Shown here one piece after another: positions 1 through 12,277 of a DNA stretch of 64,000 nt. Below the pieces are notes generated by a model that was not told the origin of the DNA, ran no database searches, and was given only the letters and a program-made list of their open reading frames with translations. Origin of the DNA: Lingula anatina (lineage: Eukaryota > Animalia > Brachiopoda); assembly GCA_051362555.1 (NCBI GenBank), contig CM120647.1:6510001-6574000 (forward strand), given 5' to 3'. How positions within the stretch are numbered: the first letter of the stretch is position 1; every line of letters begins with the position of its first letter. Position numbers and translations under genes: made by a program.

Positions 1-176
1 TCAATTCAGTCATCTTTATTAAGAAGGCATGGGGTAAAAAGCAGTTCCTTATTGTAACATTTATCTGTAAGGAATAACATTTCATAAGTACCACATTTAG
101 AGACAAGGAATTAATACGCATATGTAATACCAGAAGAACGTAAGAGTTTACCTGTGCAACCATAGAAAGTACCTAC

Positions 177-649
177 CTGTTTTTCATGACAAGTTGCTCA
201 AAATTTTGGGGGTCGGGTTCTATCAGTATTCCGGTCCAGTTGCGAGCTTTTTAAAAAAATAAAGAGTTGCTGGTCACTTCTCCGTCCCAAGCACCGGCCT
301 CCACAAAGAAACCGTTCCGACGCTGGTGCAGAAATGTATCTACAACTTTACTTTGTCCGCTATGAGAATAATCCAGTGTGTTCGGTCTCTTAAGATTCCG
401 AGGCCTCCTAGAAGGTGCATAGAGCAGTTTGCGCCTCACAAACTCTAGTAGCCTGGGATCAAGCGCGTCAAGCTCTCTCAAGAAAATATCTTGAAGAACC
501 TCGATGTCTGTACTGCTTCTCTCATTCATTTCTATTGTAGAGGAAGGTGCACCACTGTGGGCGATTTTTTTGACGTAAAACCCCACCATTGCAAACACAG
601 TTAGTATGATTATTGTACACACCAGTGGTAAATATCCTTTGTAATGCAT
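177..649 (-). pseudogene. FkbM/Methyltransf_21 (Star-like) type II membrane methyltransferase, copy C; first coding exon carries a premature stop and the last exon lies off the left edge
   Basis: Paralogous to 6612-7084 and 11805-12277: N-terminal TM segment plus GFFVEAGAWDGE motif. Where copies A/B read TTT TTY GAA AAA (FFEK), this copy reads TTT TTT TAA AAA (stop at 251-253). The frame then continues KARNWTGILIEPDP...MKNR to the conserved donor AG|GTAGGT at 177/176. Confidence 0.8.
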
Positions 650-854
650 TTTTTTCTCTACAAAAACAGAAAAATTACATATAAAAAAGTATAGATATTA
701 ATTTTAAGAACAAAAAATAAATAAATAAATAAATAAATAAATTAAAAAAAATAGAAAAATAAAAAAAGAAAATTTATGTTCATAAAGGAAACATTAATTG
801 GAATTACATGTTGAGCTATTGCATTTAAATTCGATCATAATTAACGTCAACAAT

Positions 855-865
855 CTCTCTCTCTC

Positions 866-920
<55 letters not shown>
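855..920. repeat. Compound (CT)n(TA)n microsatellite; other long (TA)n tracts at 3389-3475 and 9163-9225
   Basis: Read directly from the sequence. Confidence 0.95.
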
Positions 921-989
921 GAATGCTTTATTAAAAAAGAGATTCCAGTTTGTTATTTGTTAAATTTACAAAGTTATTCATTTTTTATG

Positions 990-1024
<35 letters not shown>

Positions 1025-1295
1025 CGTGCACATAAACTCGAGCAATAATGTTCATTGGTTTGGTAGTGGACACATATATAATAATTCAGAAATGATTTCA
1101 TACCTTTAGCTGGCCACTATACTACCTAACGGTAAGTTAGTAACAACATACATCCACTAAAATCAGTCTGATAAAGGCCTACGTCCATTTAAGCATTTAG
1201 CTAGCGTTATGAATTAAAGCATTTCGGGTTGTGTTTTATAATTACCATATACGCAGTAAGTGTCGAGTATTCGATTATTTGTCTTACATTCTTTA

Positions 1296-1416
1296 ATTCA
1301 ATTCAATTCAATTCAATTTATTTCTGTACTGGTACATAGATTGTCATGACCTTGTACAATATGATGTACTAATGACGATATAATACAATTGGTGCATTAC
1401 CATTTCTCTAGTTGGT
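1296..1416 (-). mobile_element. 3' end of a non-LTR retroelement/SINE with an AATAAA(TTGAA)n tail
   Basis: Near-identical to the reverse complement of 61405-61523. It ends in aaataaattgaattgaattgaa, a short-repeat tail of the kind seen on CR1/L2-type elements. Confidence 0.6.
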
Positions 1417-1958
1417 ATTATGTTGCCTAGCCGTTTGTGAATGAAAAAAATAATCTTTATATAATGAACATATGTACTAGTATAATTCCTCTTAAAATAT
1501 TCTACCTAAGCAGTGAAATGAACCTTGGTGTGATTATAAATTTACCATAAACATACTATATACATATGGGTACAAGCATATGTTACACAAAAGGATATGT
1601 TCAAACTTAAAGGGAGGGAGAACTACAGTTACATAGCTGTTTACATGGCTGTTTAAAATCAGTTTGACGACATAGATAATTACAATAAATGGCAATGACA
1701 ATTTAGTGTAGATACAAGACTTTAAAAAGTAAATGAATCTGATCATACTTACCGCTGGGTCTTGCAGTCGGTGCACTACAAATTAGGCAACAGCAATACA
1801 ACTGCAGCGTTGAAATATGACATGCAGCGTTTAAATATAACATGCATTATAAATGATTACTTCATGAACTATAAAGCCGTCTTCATATTGAAAATGTGGT
1901 TTTGTAAATCGTATTTCAAGATGAAGGCGGATGTCTTGAGATTGGTGCTTTATTGTTA

Positions 1959-2255
1959 ACTAGAAAAGCACTCAGAGAGCGCAGACCTCCGCCAAGGCAG
2001 CAAAGTCTCCATCTAATGCCGTTTCATCCCTACATTTTCGATATTTTTGCTTATTGATTGATTATTGATCCGGATCACCACCAAAAACTAATCATCTGTT
2101 CCTTGGCCCACTTCTGACAGTTCCTGAAAATTTCATCAAAGGTCCATAACTGAGTTTTTTGATTTTTGATTGTTGATTGATTATTGATACGGATCACCAC
2201 CAAAACTAACCACTTCTAAGTTAACCCATATCTGACCTATCATGAAAATCTGAAC
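1959..2255 (+). mobile_element. Non-autonomous Helentron/HINE-like element, 3'-truncated, with two ~120-bp core repeats
   Basis: 5' end actagaaaagcactcagagagcgcagacctccgccaagg is shared with 56691. The core gat(c/a)cggatcaccaccaaaa occurs twice (~2067 and ~2186). Confidence 0.7.
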
Positions 2256-2371
2256 TTTTAGTTATAACACAGCCACATAATCAGAAAATATCAGAAAAAA
2301 TTGAACTCAAAATTGGATCCAGTATCAAAGCCAACGCCCAAAATTTCGGCTCAAATCAACCGGCCGAGAAT

Positions 2372-2452
2372 CGACGCGTGGGAAGGCGTGTGAGAGAGAG
2401 ACTATTACAGGATTAAGCGGACTTCCTTGTATGTAGGTCCGCCATATTTAGG
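2372..2452 (+). mobile_element. Diverged fragment of the 33.1-33.7 kb foldback arm
   Basis: cgacgcgtgggaaggcgtgtgagag..agactatta..gatta.gcgg...tgta.gtccgccat aligns to ~33568-33650. Confidence 0.7.
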
Positions 2453-3385
2453 TCGCGGTCTTACTAGCACTCGGCTCTTCTCGATCTGAATGGTCCATCT
2501 GTCACAAAGCAGCTTCTAAAGCCACGAATTACTGGTAAACCACGCAAAATATCTTCTTGACAAATGTTTACCGTCGCTTCTTCAGTATTAAAGGCTTACA
2601 AGCCAAGATTATATAATAGTTGATGCCAATAAAAATACATCTTTTTTTGGAAATGTGTTTCCAAGCCAATGCAGGGATATATGTAAGCTGCACGTTTTTA
2701 ATTAAGTCAAAGCTTTGAAAGGAAATGCAGTTACTAGATATAGTGTCATTGTAAGGATGTCGGAAACATGTCCTCAAGTCATCATACAAACTACATACCC
2801 ATGAACATTAAACTATGATATCATAAGTAAATACAGCATTAATATGATGTTGAGATTCGTTCTGCTTGTAAAATATGTTTTGTGGGTTATCTGCCGCTTT
2901 ACAATTGATGAATTGCTTTGGATTGCCAAATTGCTTTAGCACATATAAGAAATTAAACATTTTCAAAAGACAGTAATGTTTTGTGTAGAGGCTGTGAATC
3001 AGATCAAATATTTGAATGAACGTTTGAAACTGTCACAAAAGCTTCAATTATAGTCAATTTTAAATCGTTTTAAAATTAATATAGTAGTTTTATAATTTGG
3101 AAATAAGTTTCCGAAATCTAAATATCTCAATGCCTGTCACCAAAACACTTTGGTGGTTTGGATCCAAAGTATGTGGCAGAAAAAAGGGAGGACATTTAAA
3201 ACATGTTACAATACTTTTATTACCTCTGTTGATGCGCTTAATAACATAAATCGTACATATATAATTGCCGGCACTTGTTCAGTATTTGCATATATTCAGT
3301 ACATATGCTAGTATGATGAACATATAAACCATCAATTCATTATTTTCCCAGACAGAGTACATTGGGTATCATTGACGAATAAGAG

Positions 3386-3481
<96 letters not shown>

Positions 3482-4179
3482 TGCTGGTATAACATTTACT
3501 ACGGCGAAAGCCTGTATTCATTTGGGGGGGGGAGGGTATTTGATTATGCCGCTTCGTACTTTAAAGGTATCGGTTTTAAACACTAAAAATTGGAAAATTG
3601 GGCCCAAAATCAAACCATAGACAAAAATGCTCCTTTGGGTGGTTTGGAATCCCCGTGGCGCAATGCTTTTGCCACCTCTGTAGATGCACATATATTATTA
3701 ATCGTATACACACACACCTATCTTTGTCAACGTTATGTTTCAGCTGCAGTGAAATAAAACAAGAACATGGGCAAGAACTGTTGGTGAGAATTCCAAAAAG
3801 AAAGAAAGAATAATATTTGTTTCAATAAGTTTAAATAAGTAAATATTATATGATATAAATTATTGAAATTGTGATTGAGTTATCAGTGAGCACATTTATT
3901 CATTTATTATTATTATGATTAATATTTTTATTTATTTTCAAAATCCTCCATTTTAATTTTTTGTACAGACTGCACTAGCCAACATTAAGATATATGTTAA
4001 TTTGTACTAGTACAAAGTAACTTACTTTTCTTGCTGACATGAAAAAGGAATCGTACTCACTAATGATAACAACAAAGGTATTGAGAAAAATATTTCCACA
4101 TTTATTCCAACAGACATTAATCCCAATTTAATCCTTTATTGTTTAATTAATTTCATTAAATAGCAATAGCATGTTCATA

Positions 4180-4461
4180 CAGGGGCGGATCCAGGATTAT
4201 TTGAAGGGGGGTCCGGAAAGACAGGCTTCGGATGCGAAGCCGACCATCGCTTCCTTGGCGTGGGGTTCGGGGCTCAAGGGCCCCGGAAAATTTTTGGTCT
4301 TGGAGAGCAAAAAAGTGCACTTTGGCACGGTTTAGAACAATGATTTAGCTAGTTAAAATTCTAATTTCAAGAGTAGAATATTTGTGTGATATATTTTTCA
4401 GATACTGAAGGGGGCGGTCAAACCACCTTGACCCCCCAGACCTCCTCTAAATCCGCCACTG
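4180..4461. mobile_element. MITE with CAG(G/T)GGCGGAT termini and an apparent 5-bp target-site duplication TCATA
   Basis: The ends caggggcggat and atccgccactg are inverted repeats, with tcata on both flanks. The internal sequence recurs at ~25455-25520 (minus) and ~25755-25850 (plus). Confidence 0.75.
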
Positions 4462-5322
4462 TCATATGAAATTGAATGCATTTTTTGAAAACTATGCCAA
4501 CCTAATTGTCTGACTTTATTTGTATTTTATTATTTGTGACTTTTAAGTTAAAACACGAAAATAACATTTACTGTATTCACTCCTTACGATAAAAACTTAA
4601 CAGCAAAGGTGTATAGAAAAATAATTATTTCCACATTTAACCCATTTACATTTAATAATAAAGTTTATTTATTTATTTAGATACACATTACATTTTCATA
4701 TCAAACTGATAGTCATATTTTGAGAAATTGAGTTAACTCATTTCTATTGCTTTGGAACTTTAGTGTCCAAATTTGAGACAATATGGCGGATGTTTATTAT
4801 AATCAACTCACTTAAGGAAAATATCCTTCATCATTTTAATTGTAAACTTAATAGATCTTTCGATAAAAGAAACTTGGGGGAATCCCATGGGGGAATCCCA
4901 CAAGAGGAGCCAAGTCCGATTTCTGAACTTACATGTCGTGGATTTTCCGACGAAAACTTGTACGAAAATGTTAGAAAACTTCTTTCTGGATAATTTTACT
5001 TTATTTGAAAATACTACTTTGTCTAGATACGTCGTTGTGGATTATTCATGGACCAAACGTCACTTCAGGAAACAAACGTAAAAACTTACATAAGTTTGTA
5101 AGTACAAGACTTACAAGAATTTCGAGAATAACGCGTAAGTCGAAGTTATAAATTCACATAAATAGTACCAAATTGTTGTAAGTTACAAGGTTTCGAAAAT
5201 ACTGCCTCAGATATATATCAAAGAGGTAAAAAGGATAGGAAAAACCTTGAGAAACAAACGTAAAAGGTGAAATCCAGGGTTACAGTAAGATACTTTATGA
5301 AAAAAAATTAACCCTCTAATGT

Positions 5323-7084
5323 TTAGTGGACATCGTTTCGCACAAACAGTAGATCTTGTCCAAGTGGCTGTACTTCTTGATACATACCGGTTCGATTAAA
5401 AACCCTTCTAATATCTATTAAAGCCTGATTGTAATTCTTAGTACGCTGATGAACTTCGACTGCCCACACATCGACCGTTATTTTATCCCACGGGAAAGAT
5501 TGGAGAACCTCCAGTTCTGCTCCCTCTATGTCGAGGGAAAAGAAGTCCACGTGTGTCCGTCCAATGGTGCTTAAAAGCGTCTGGATCGGCAGGCAAAGTA
5601 ATTTGCTCTTTCCCTTAACACTTATTCTTTTGTCTATTGGGTTGATGCCTCCACTATCTGGTCTGCTGGATAACGTAAAATCCAGCCGCTTTGGTTTACT
5701 CATGAGGCAAGTCTGGATCACAAAAGCCTTCCTGAAATGATAAGAAGTGTACCTTGAAAGAGAGAGTATGTACTAGCGTTTTCAGCCTCCAGTTTCCAGT
5801 CATAAATTCCTTAAATGATGGTATTTGCACTTAAGACAAAATTTATGCTAGTATTTTCGGCCTCAGGTTATGAGTTCCTGAAATGATGTTTAAATGTACC
5901 TTGAAAGCCAAATTATAGACTAGAGCAATAAGACTGGGTTCCCATGCCTAGATCGATCCATCTGGATCGATCTAACTCCCTGGGGAGTCTCACTAAATTG
6001 CTATCATCTGGCCAGCTTAAATGTCTGTCACGCCTACCAAATCAGCTAGGGGGTAAAGATAATTACCCCCTCACAGCTTTACTAGGCTTGTCAGACATAT
6101 AAACCCCTTCGGTTGATAGCAATTTAGTGATACTCCCTAGGGAGATAGATCGATCCAAATATCTGTGGGCGTCAATTAATTTTTGATCTTTTAGAAGTTT
6201 GTGTGATTCAGGTTGTGAAAGCCTTGCATATTTTAGATAAACATCGGACGCTGATCCACCAAATTAACTAATACTCTAAGGGCATCGTCAGGTACAGTAT
6301 TTCCCAAAGCCTTGCGAATTACGGTTAAAAAAAAACGAGCTTTCGTGGGATTTGGGATTTGGCTTGGAAAAGGGTGGAGTAAGACATTATGGTAGCCAAG
6401 CTATACCTGACAGTTATTAATTCTGCCATCACTAGAAGGAATGAATGGCGTAAAAGGAGTTACCTATTGTAACCTTTATCTGTAAGGAATAACCATGTGT
6501 AAGTATCATATTCCGAGACAAGCTCACTTACCAAGGAATTCATATAGCCTACATATGTAATACTAGAAAGCAATAAGCGTTTACATGTGCAACCATAGAC
6601 ATTCGGCCTACCTGCTTTTCATGACAAGTTGTTCAAAGTTTATGGGGTCGGGTTCTATCAGTATTCCGGTCCAGTTGCGATATTTTTCAAAAAATAAAGA
6701 GTTGCTGTTTTCCTCCCCATCCCAAGCGCCGGCCTCCACAAAGAAACCGTGCCGTCGTTGGCGTAGCAACTTATCAACCAGACGACTTTGTCCGTTTTGC
6801 GAATAATGGATTTTGTCGGGTTTCTCAAGCTTTCGAGGCCTCCTAGTAGATGCATAGAGCATTCTATGCCTCACAAACTCTATTAGCCTGGAATCCAGTG
6901 CGTCCAGTTCTCCCGAGAAAAGATCTTGAAGAACCTTGGTGTCCTTACTGCTTCTTTCCTTCTCTTGGAATCTGGAGGAAGATCCACCACTGTGGGCGAT
7001 TGTTTTGACGTAAAATCCCACCATTACGAACACAGTTAGTAGGACTGTTATGCATGTCAGTAGGAAATGCCCTTTTAAATGCAT
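5323..7084 (-). CDS. FkbM/Methyltransf_21 (Star-like) type II membrane methyltransferase, copy B, ~293 aa; coding exons 7084-6612 and 5731-5323
   Basis: Hydrophobic N-terminal anchor (LLTCITVLLTVFVMVGFYV), SAM motif I VEAGAWDGE, GILIEP and DFFSLDIEGAELEVL...VDVWAVE. A phase-2 intron (AG|gtagg...tttcag|G) joins MKS-R-KAFVIQTC in frame; total CDS 882 nt. Confidence 0.9.
5930..6168. mobile_element. Palindromic MITE family A, copy 1 (in the intron of FkbM copy B)
   Basis: Shares tagatcgatccatctggatcga.ctaactccctgggg...ctaaattgct.tca with 8941 and 54800, and has a long internal inverted repeat. Absent from the paralogous intron of copy A. Confidence 0.8.
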
Positions 7085-7980
7085 TTTCTACAAAAAAAAA
7101 AAAGACAAATGAATAATTATATATTATGAGAGAGCTTAAAGAACCTCGGTGTAAGTACTTGCCTTCCCTTCAACTATGGAGGAAGATTCACATTAGGAAC
7201 GGATGGGCAGTGACAAAAAAGCATGACAAGAGAAATTTGATCTTGAAATCCATTTTCTAAAAAAAAAGATGAATGGATGAGTACCCCGTACGACGTCCTG
7301 TTAGATTATTTGTGACTCTATATGAACTTTAAGGAACCCTAGAGGACCCTATGCCACTCTACATGTACCCTGTGAGGCCTCCTTTGGGACGTACTGTAGG
7401 AAACATACGTCCCATAGGACCCTAAGAAACTAAATGATATTGTGAACAGGCAGATAACTAAAAAATGGAAACATAAGGATCCATGTAAATTATTAGTAAT
7501 TGCAAACACGTTCATGTTGGACCAAGAGGAAAATGACATATCTTTACCTCAGTAGTAGATTCCAATGCATGCATGTAACTGAGCCTACAAAAACTGTATA
7601 TTGGATGCTGGAATAAATATCGACCGTGATACTAGTAGCTGTTACCTTACCACTTAATATTTTGAACATGGCTGAACCAGTAATTTATAAGATTGCTTAA
7701 AGTACTACTTTATTTAACTGGGATGTTTGATTCAAAACGGTCACATCATTCGGGAGATACGGATGCTTAATTTTTCGTTCAGATGTAGTTTCAAACAAAT
7801 GTTAGATGTTAATCGAATCACATACCCGACGCTCACGTGCTTTTTCAGAGGAGTAATTCTATGGGGAAATAAACATTGAAACTCAAACCATCTATATATA
7901 AGTGTTCAGCGGGTATTTCAGTTTTCATTCTTTAATGTAGAAACTGGATTGTTACAGAAAATAAATCTGGAAGTACTTAC

Positions 7981-8085
7981 AGCTGGGCCTTGTGTACAGG
8001 CTGTCAGGCGAAAACTTCTTACAACGCAGTTTCTAAATTCACGTGTAACATTGTGGATATACTTTATGTCACACTATATATAAAT
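7981..8085 (-). promoter_or_regulatory. Probable TATA promoter and non-coding first exon of FkbM copy B (paralogous sites at ~13231-13335 for copy A and a donor at 1753 for copy C)
   Basis: A conserved ...CCCAGC(T/G)|GT(A/G)AGT donor is present in all three copies. A TATA-like element sits ~95 nt upstream in A and B. The coding exon starts with an AG acceptor 3-8 nt before the ATG, so a non-coding upstream exon is required. Confidence 0.55.
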
Positions 8086-8940
8086 TACATAATATATCTT
8101 CTACAGGGCTTGACAAAAGTTCAAGTTCGCTTCTTCAGTTATTTTAGACTTACAAGCCAAGATTAGGTTTTAGTTGATATCGTTACATTTTCATCCTTTT
8201 AGGAATACATTTTCTAGCTTAATTATAATTATTAAGGTAATATATGGAAGCTGCTTGTCTTTTAATAAAACCAAAGATTTGGTAGCAGTCACACGTGTCA
8301 GTGTAAGAATTTGGGGAATGTACCAGTATTACGTCATCATAACATCAAACTATGATGTCATAAGTACATCATTTATATAGCGTTGAGATTGGACCCGTCT
8401 GTAAAAAACTGCTTTGTTATTTATTGATGAATTATGTTCCTTTGTTGGCAAACAGCTGTCAATTTTTTTAGTCTTGTTTTGGATTACCAAGTATTTTAGC
8501 AGATATTAGAAATTAAACATTTTCATCGGGCAGTTAAGTTGTGCGAAATGGACATCGAATATTTGATTGAACATTTGAAACTATTACAAAAGCTTCAATT
8601 GTGGTCAGATTGAAACTGTTTTAACAGTTCATGTAATGAATTTATATTTTTATGCCTCCAGTTCTTCTTGAAGAAATGGCCCCAAAATGAAATTTTTGGC
8701 AAGAATGCTCGCCTGGGGTGTTTTGGAACCAAAGTAACATGTCACAGAACAAAAAGGGAGGAAATTTATTTTTTGCTCTTAAATCCACGTATTGCAATGC
8801 TTTTGACACCCCCATATTTGCCGTTATTATGTGTTCAGTATGTATGCATATATACAGTATTTATGCTGGTGTGATTAACATATAAATCATCAATTCATAC
8901 TTCTCCCAGACATAATTTATTGGGTATCATTGACGAAAAA

Positions 8941-9156
8941 GGCTGCATTCCCACAGATGTAGATCGATCCATCTGGATCGACCTAACTCCCTGGGGGTAC
9001 ACGCTAAATTGCTGTCAGCCGAGCGTGCACGGAAGTTAATTACCCCCTTACAGCTATTAGTAGGTGGCACAGACATTTAAACTGGCTAAGCTGACAGTAA
9101 TCTAGTGAAACTCCCCACAGGGATAGATCGATCTTAAATCTGTGGGAATGCAGTCT

Positions 9157-9157
<1 letters not shown>
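8941..9157. mobile_element. Palindromic MITE family A, copy 2; TA insertion site
   Basis: TIR g(g)ctgcattcccacagat ... atctgtgggaatgcagtct. Paralogous empty sites read gacgaaTAagag (~3375) and gagaaTAagag (~14630). Confidence 0.85.
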
Positions 9158-9228
<71 letters not shown>

Positions 9229-10719
9229 TGGAGAAACATTTTACTACAGTGAAAGCCTAGATTCATGGGGAAAAATATATGATTGTGCTGTCTCGAACTT
9301 AAAAGGTATCATGATTTAGACACTATCGGAGTCTCTGATAGAAGAGCACTGACAATTGAAATTATAATATCAATAGCAAATGATTGAATATTTAAAAAAA
9401 AATGTTTTATTCAGGTGTGCGATGCAAGAATTGCAGTTTCGCTATCGCTTTGTTGGATCCGGTTTCCGCTGTTGCATACACCGTGTTGTTTGATACCGAT
9501 TTGCAGACGTTACAATTAAGCATTTTTCTTGCACGTGTCTCTTAAGCCCAAAGGATTTGCGTGTCGTATTTCATTTTAAACTTCCATGAGCCGTGTTCAT
9601 ATTTATTCAGTGTGCACTTGTTATTTCATAAATCTTCCCTGTTGTTTAATAGAATATTAATTCGTCCAATAATGGCAAAATCTGATTTTTTATACTTTAA
9701 ATAATGTTTTTTAAAGAGACATCAAAACGTTAAGATGTATTGCTTAAATATCAAGGTTTTTGAAATTGCCAGCCAGTAGCCTGGTCATTTTTTATTAGCA
9801 GATGAAGTACCGAAACATTTCAGTGTAAATTCTCTCAGTGCAGATTCAGTCCTCACAAACGAAATGCCAATCATGGTCTCGAACCCCTTGTTTTTGACTG
9901 CAACTCAAACCGCTATTACTTGTCGCGAACGCAAAAAAATTTGTACAAACCCGCGGCCCGAGATCATAAACGACAATTATCGCTTATGAGGCCCGAAGTT
10001 TCTGACAATACAAAACTTTGTATTCTTTTACAGTCATGTTCAGCGAGTTCACGAGCCGCTCTACGGCATACACTATGGCTTAGGATTCCCGCATACAGTT
10101 CCATGAGTTCATCCTTTTATGATACAGCAGGCAAGGTTATACAAGGGCGGCACACTGCGCATGCACGAGTTATTTACAATTAACATTGATAAGTCGAAAC
10201 CTACGACATGTAAAGCACAAGAACTAATATCGTTTGCTAAAATTTGTGTTAATCACAGAAAAAGTGTGGCTTTGAACGGTACTCATGTACACAAAGCATA
10301 TCTTTCTCTAAAATTTTAATCAGAGGTTGAGACTCGAGCATACATAAGAGCAAAGCAACGCATCAACTTGACTGGAGGTGGCACCTTTTTTACTGTCAAC
10401 AATTCTCATCACAGGGAATAGAAATAATCAATAATGTTAATCACTAATGCAAAGCAAAAGATTTTGAGTCAAAAATGCAAGTAAGGGGTTCGATAAGGTA
10501 TACTGGCCTACATTTGGGAAAATGGCATTTTCCGGGTTTCCCTTAAATGTATACAAAATTCTAATCTTAATATCAGTGAGTGAAAAAACACTTTTCGAGT
10601 AAAAATGCCATTTTTGTGTTTCTATTCACGTTCTGAACCCCTCTTTGTGCATGATGATAAAAAAAATACCAAAAAAAAAAAAAAAAAAAAGAAAGAAAGA
10701 AAGGCAAATTAATAGTAAT

Positions 10720-10852
10720 AGAGCTTAGACCTCCGTCAAGACAGCTCAATTATCAATAACAGAGCGTATACCTCCGCCAAGACAGATTTCGAGTTAGGCT
10801 GTTAACTAAGACACTTATAATGGTAAAAACATAACCTCCATAGCGGAGATGA
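10720..10852 (+). mobile_element. Degenerate Helentron/HINE-like fragment at the junction between duplication units
   Basis: Contains gagc...acctccg(t/c)caagacag twice and the 3' hairpin aaaacataacctccatagcggag, matching 56968-56992. Confidence 0.55.
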
Positions 10853-10877
10853 TTATGCAGAAAAATACTTCTAATAT

Positions 10878-12277
10878 TTAGAGGAGTGCGTCCTGTCGCA
10901 CAAACAGTAGATCTTGTCCTCGTGGTTGCACTTCTTTATACATTCCGGTTCGCTGAAATACCCCTCTAATATCTTTTAAAGCCTGACCGTAGTTCTTTGT
11001 GAGTTCATGAACTTCGACCGTCCACATATCGACCGTTATTTTATCCCACGGGAAAGCTTGGAGAACCTCCAGCTCTGCTCCCTCTGTGTCGAGGGAGAAG
11101 AAATCCACGTGTTTCCGACCAATGGTGCTTAAAAGCGTCTGGATCGGTAGGCAGAGTAGCCTGCTCTTTCCTGTAACATTTATTCTGCTGTCTATTGGGT
11201 TGATAGCTCCACTATCTGGACTGCTGGACAACGTAAAATCCAGCCACATGGGTTTACCCTTGAGGCAAGTCTGGATCATGATTGTCTTCCTGAAAAGATG
11301 GGTATACGCATCTTGAAAGACAAAGTATATACTAGCGTTTTAGTCTTCGGTCATAAATTTGCCTTGTATCAGTTCGACTTAATATTTGGTTTTTTATGAT
11401 GCAGGTTGTGTGATTCATATTGTCAAAGCCTTGCATATTTTAGAGAAAACAAACACCGGGCACTGATACACATGTTTAACTAAAACTCCAAGGGCACGGT
11501 CAGGTACAGTTTATCCCATTAGAATGAGTTACGGTTAAAAAGCGAGCTTTCGTGGGATTTGGCTTTGAAGAGAGTTGAGTCATATATTATGGTAGCCAAG
11601 TAATCCCTTACTGTTATTAAACCTGTTATCACTAGTAAGAAGGCATGCCGTAAAAAAAGTTACATATTGTTACCTTTATCTGTAAGGAATAACATTTCAT
11701 AAGTATCACATTCCGAGACAAGCACACTTACCGAGGAATTTATATATATAGGTAATAATAGAAAAAAGTAAGAGTTTACCTGTGGAACCATAGAAAGTAC
11801 CTACCTGTTTTTCATGAGAAGTTGTTCAAAGTTAAGGGGGTCGGGTTCTATCAGTATTCCCGTCCAGTTGCGCGATTTTTCGAAAAATAAAGAGTTGCTG
11901 TTCTCCTCCCCATCCCAAGCACCTGCCTCCACAAAGAAACCGTCCCGTCGTTGTCGAAGAAATTTATCAACCAGACGACTTTGTCCGTTTTGGGAATAAT
12001 GGATTTTGTCGGGTTTCCTAAGCTTCAGGGGCCTCCTAGTAGGTGTAAAGAGCAGCCTGCGCCTTACAAACTCTAGCAGTCTGGGATCCAGTGCGTCCAG
12101 TTCTCCCGAGAGAAGATCCTGAAGAACCTCGGTGTCTGTATTGCTTCTTTCATTCATTTCAAATGTAGAGGAAGGTCTACCGATGTGGGTGATTGTTTTG
12201 ACGTAAAACCCCAATATTATGAACACAGATAGTATGACTGTTATGCACGCCAGTAGCAAATGCCTCTTGAAATGCAT
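10878..12277 (-). CDS. FkbM/Methyltransf_21 (Star-like) type II membrane methyltransferase, copy A, ~294 aa; coding exons 12277-11805 and 11289-10878
   Basis: Same motifs (VEAGAWDGE, SLDTEGAE) and same phase-2 intron position as copy B; 885 nt in frame. Confidence 0.9.

Noticed and set aside
798-3620. ORFs with SLSLSL, YIYIYI or CVCVCV runs here and similar ones elsewhere (e.g. 32505, 35617, 36074-36428, 63555)
   Set aside because: These are translations of microsatellites that happen to lack stop codons.
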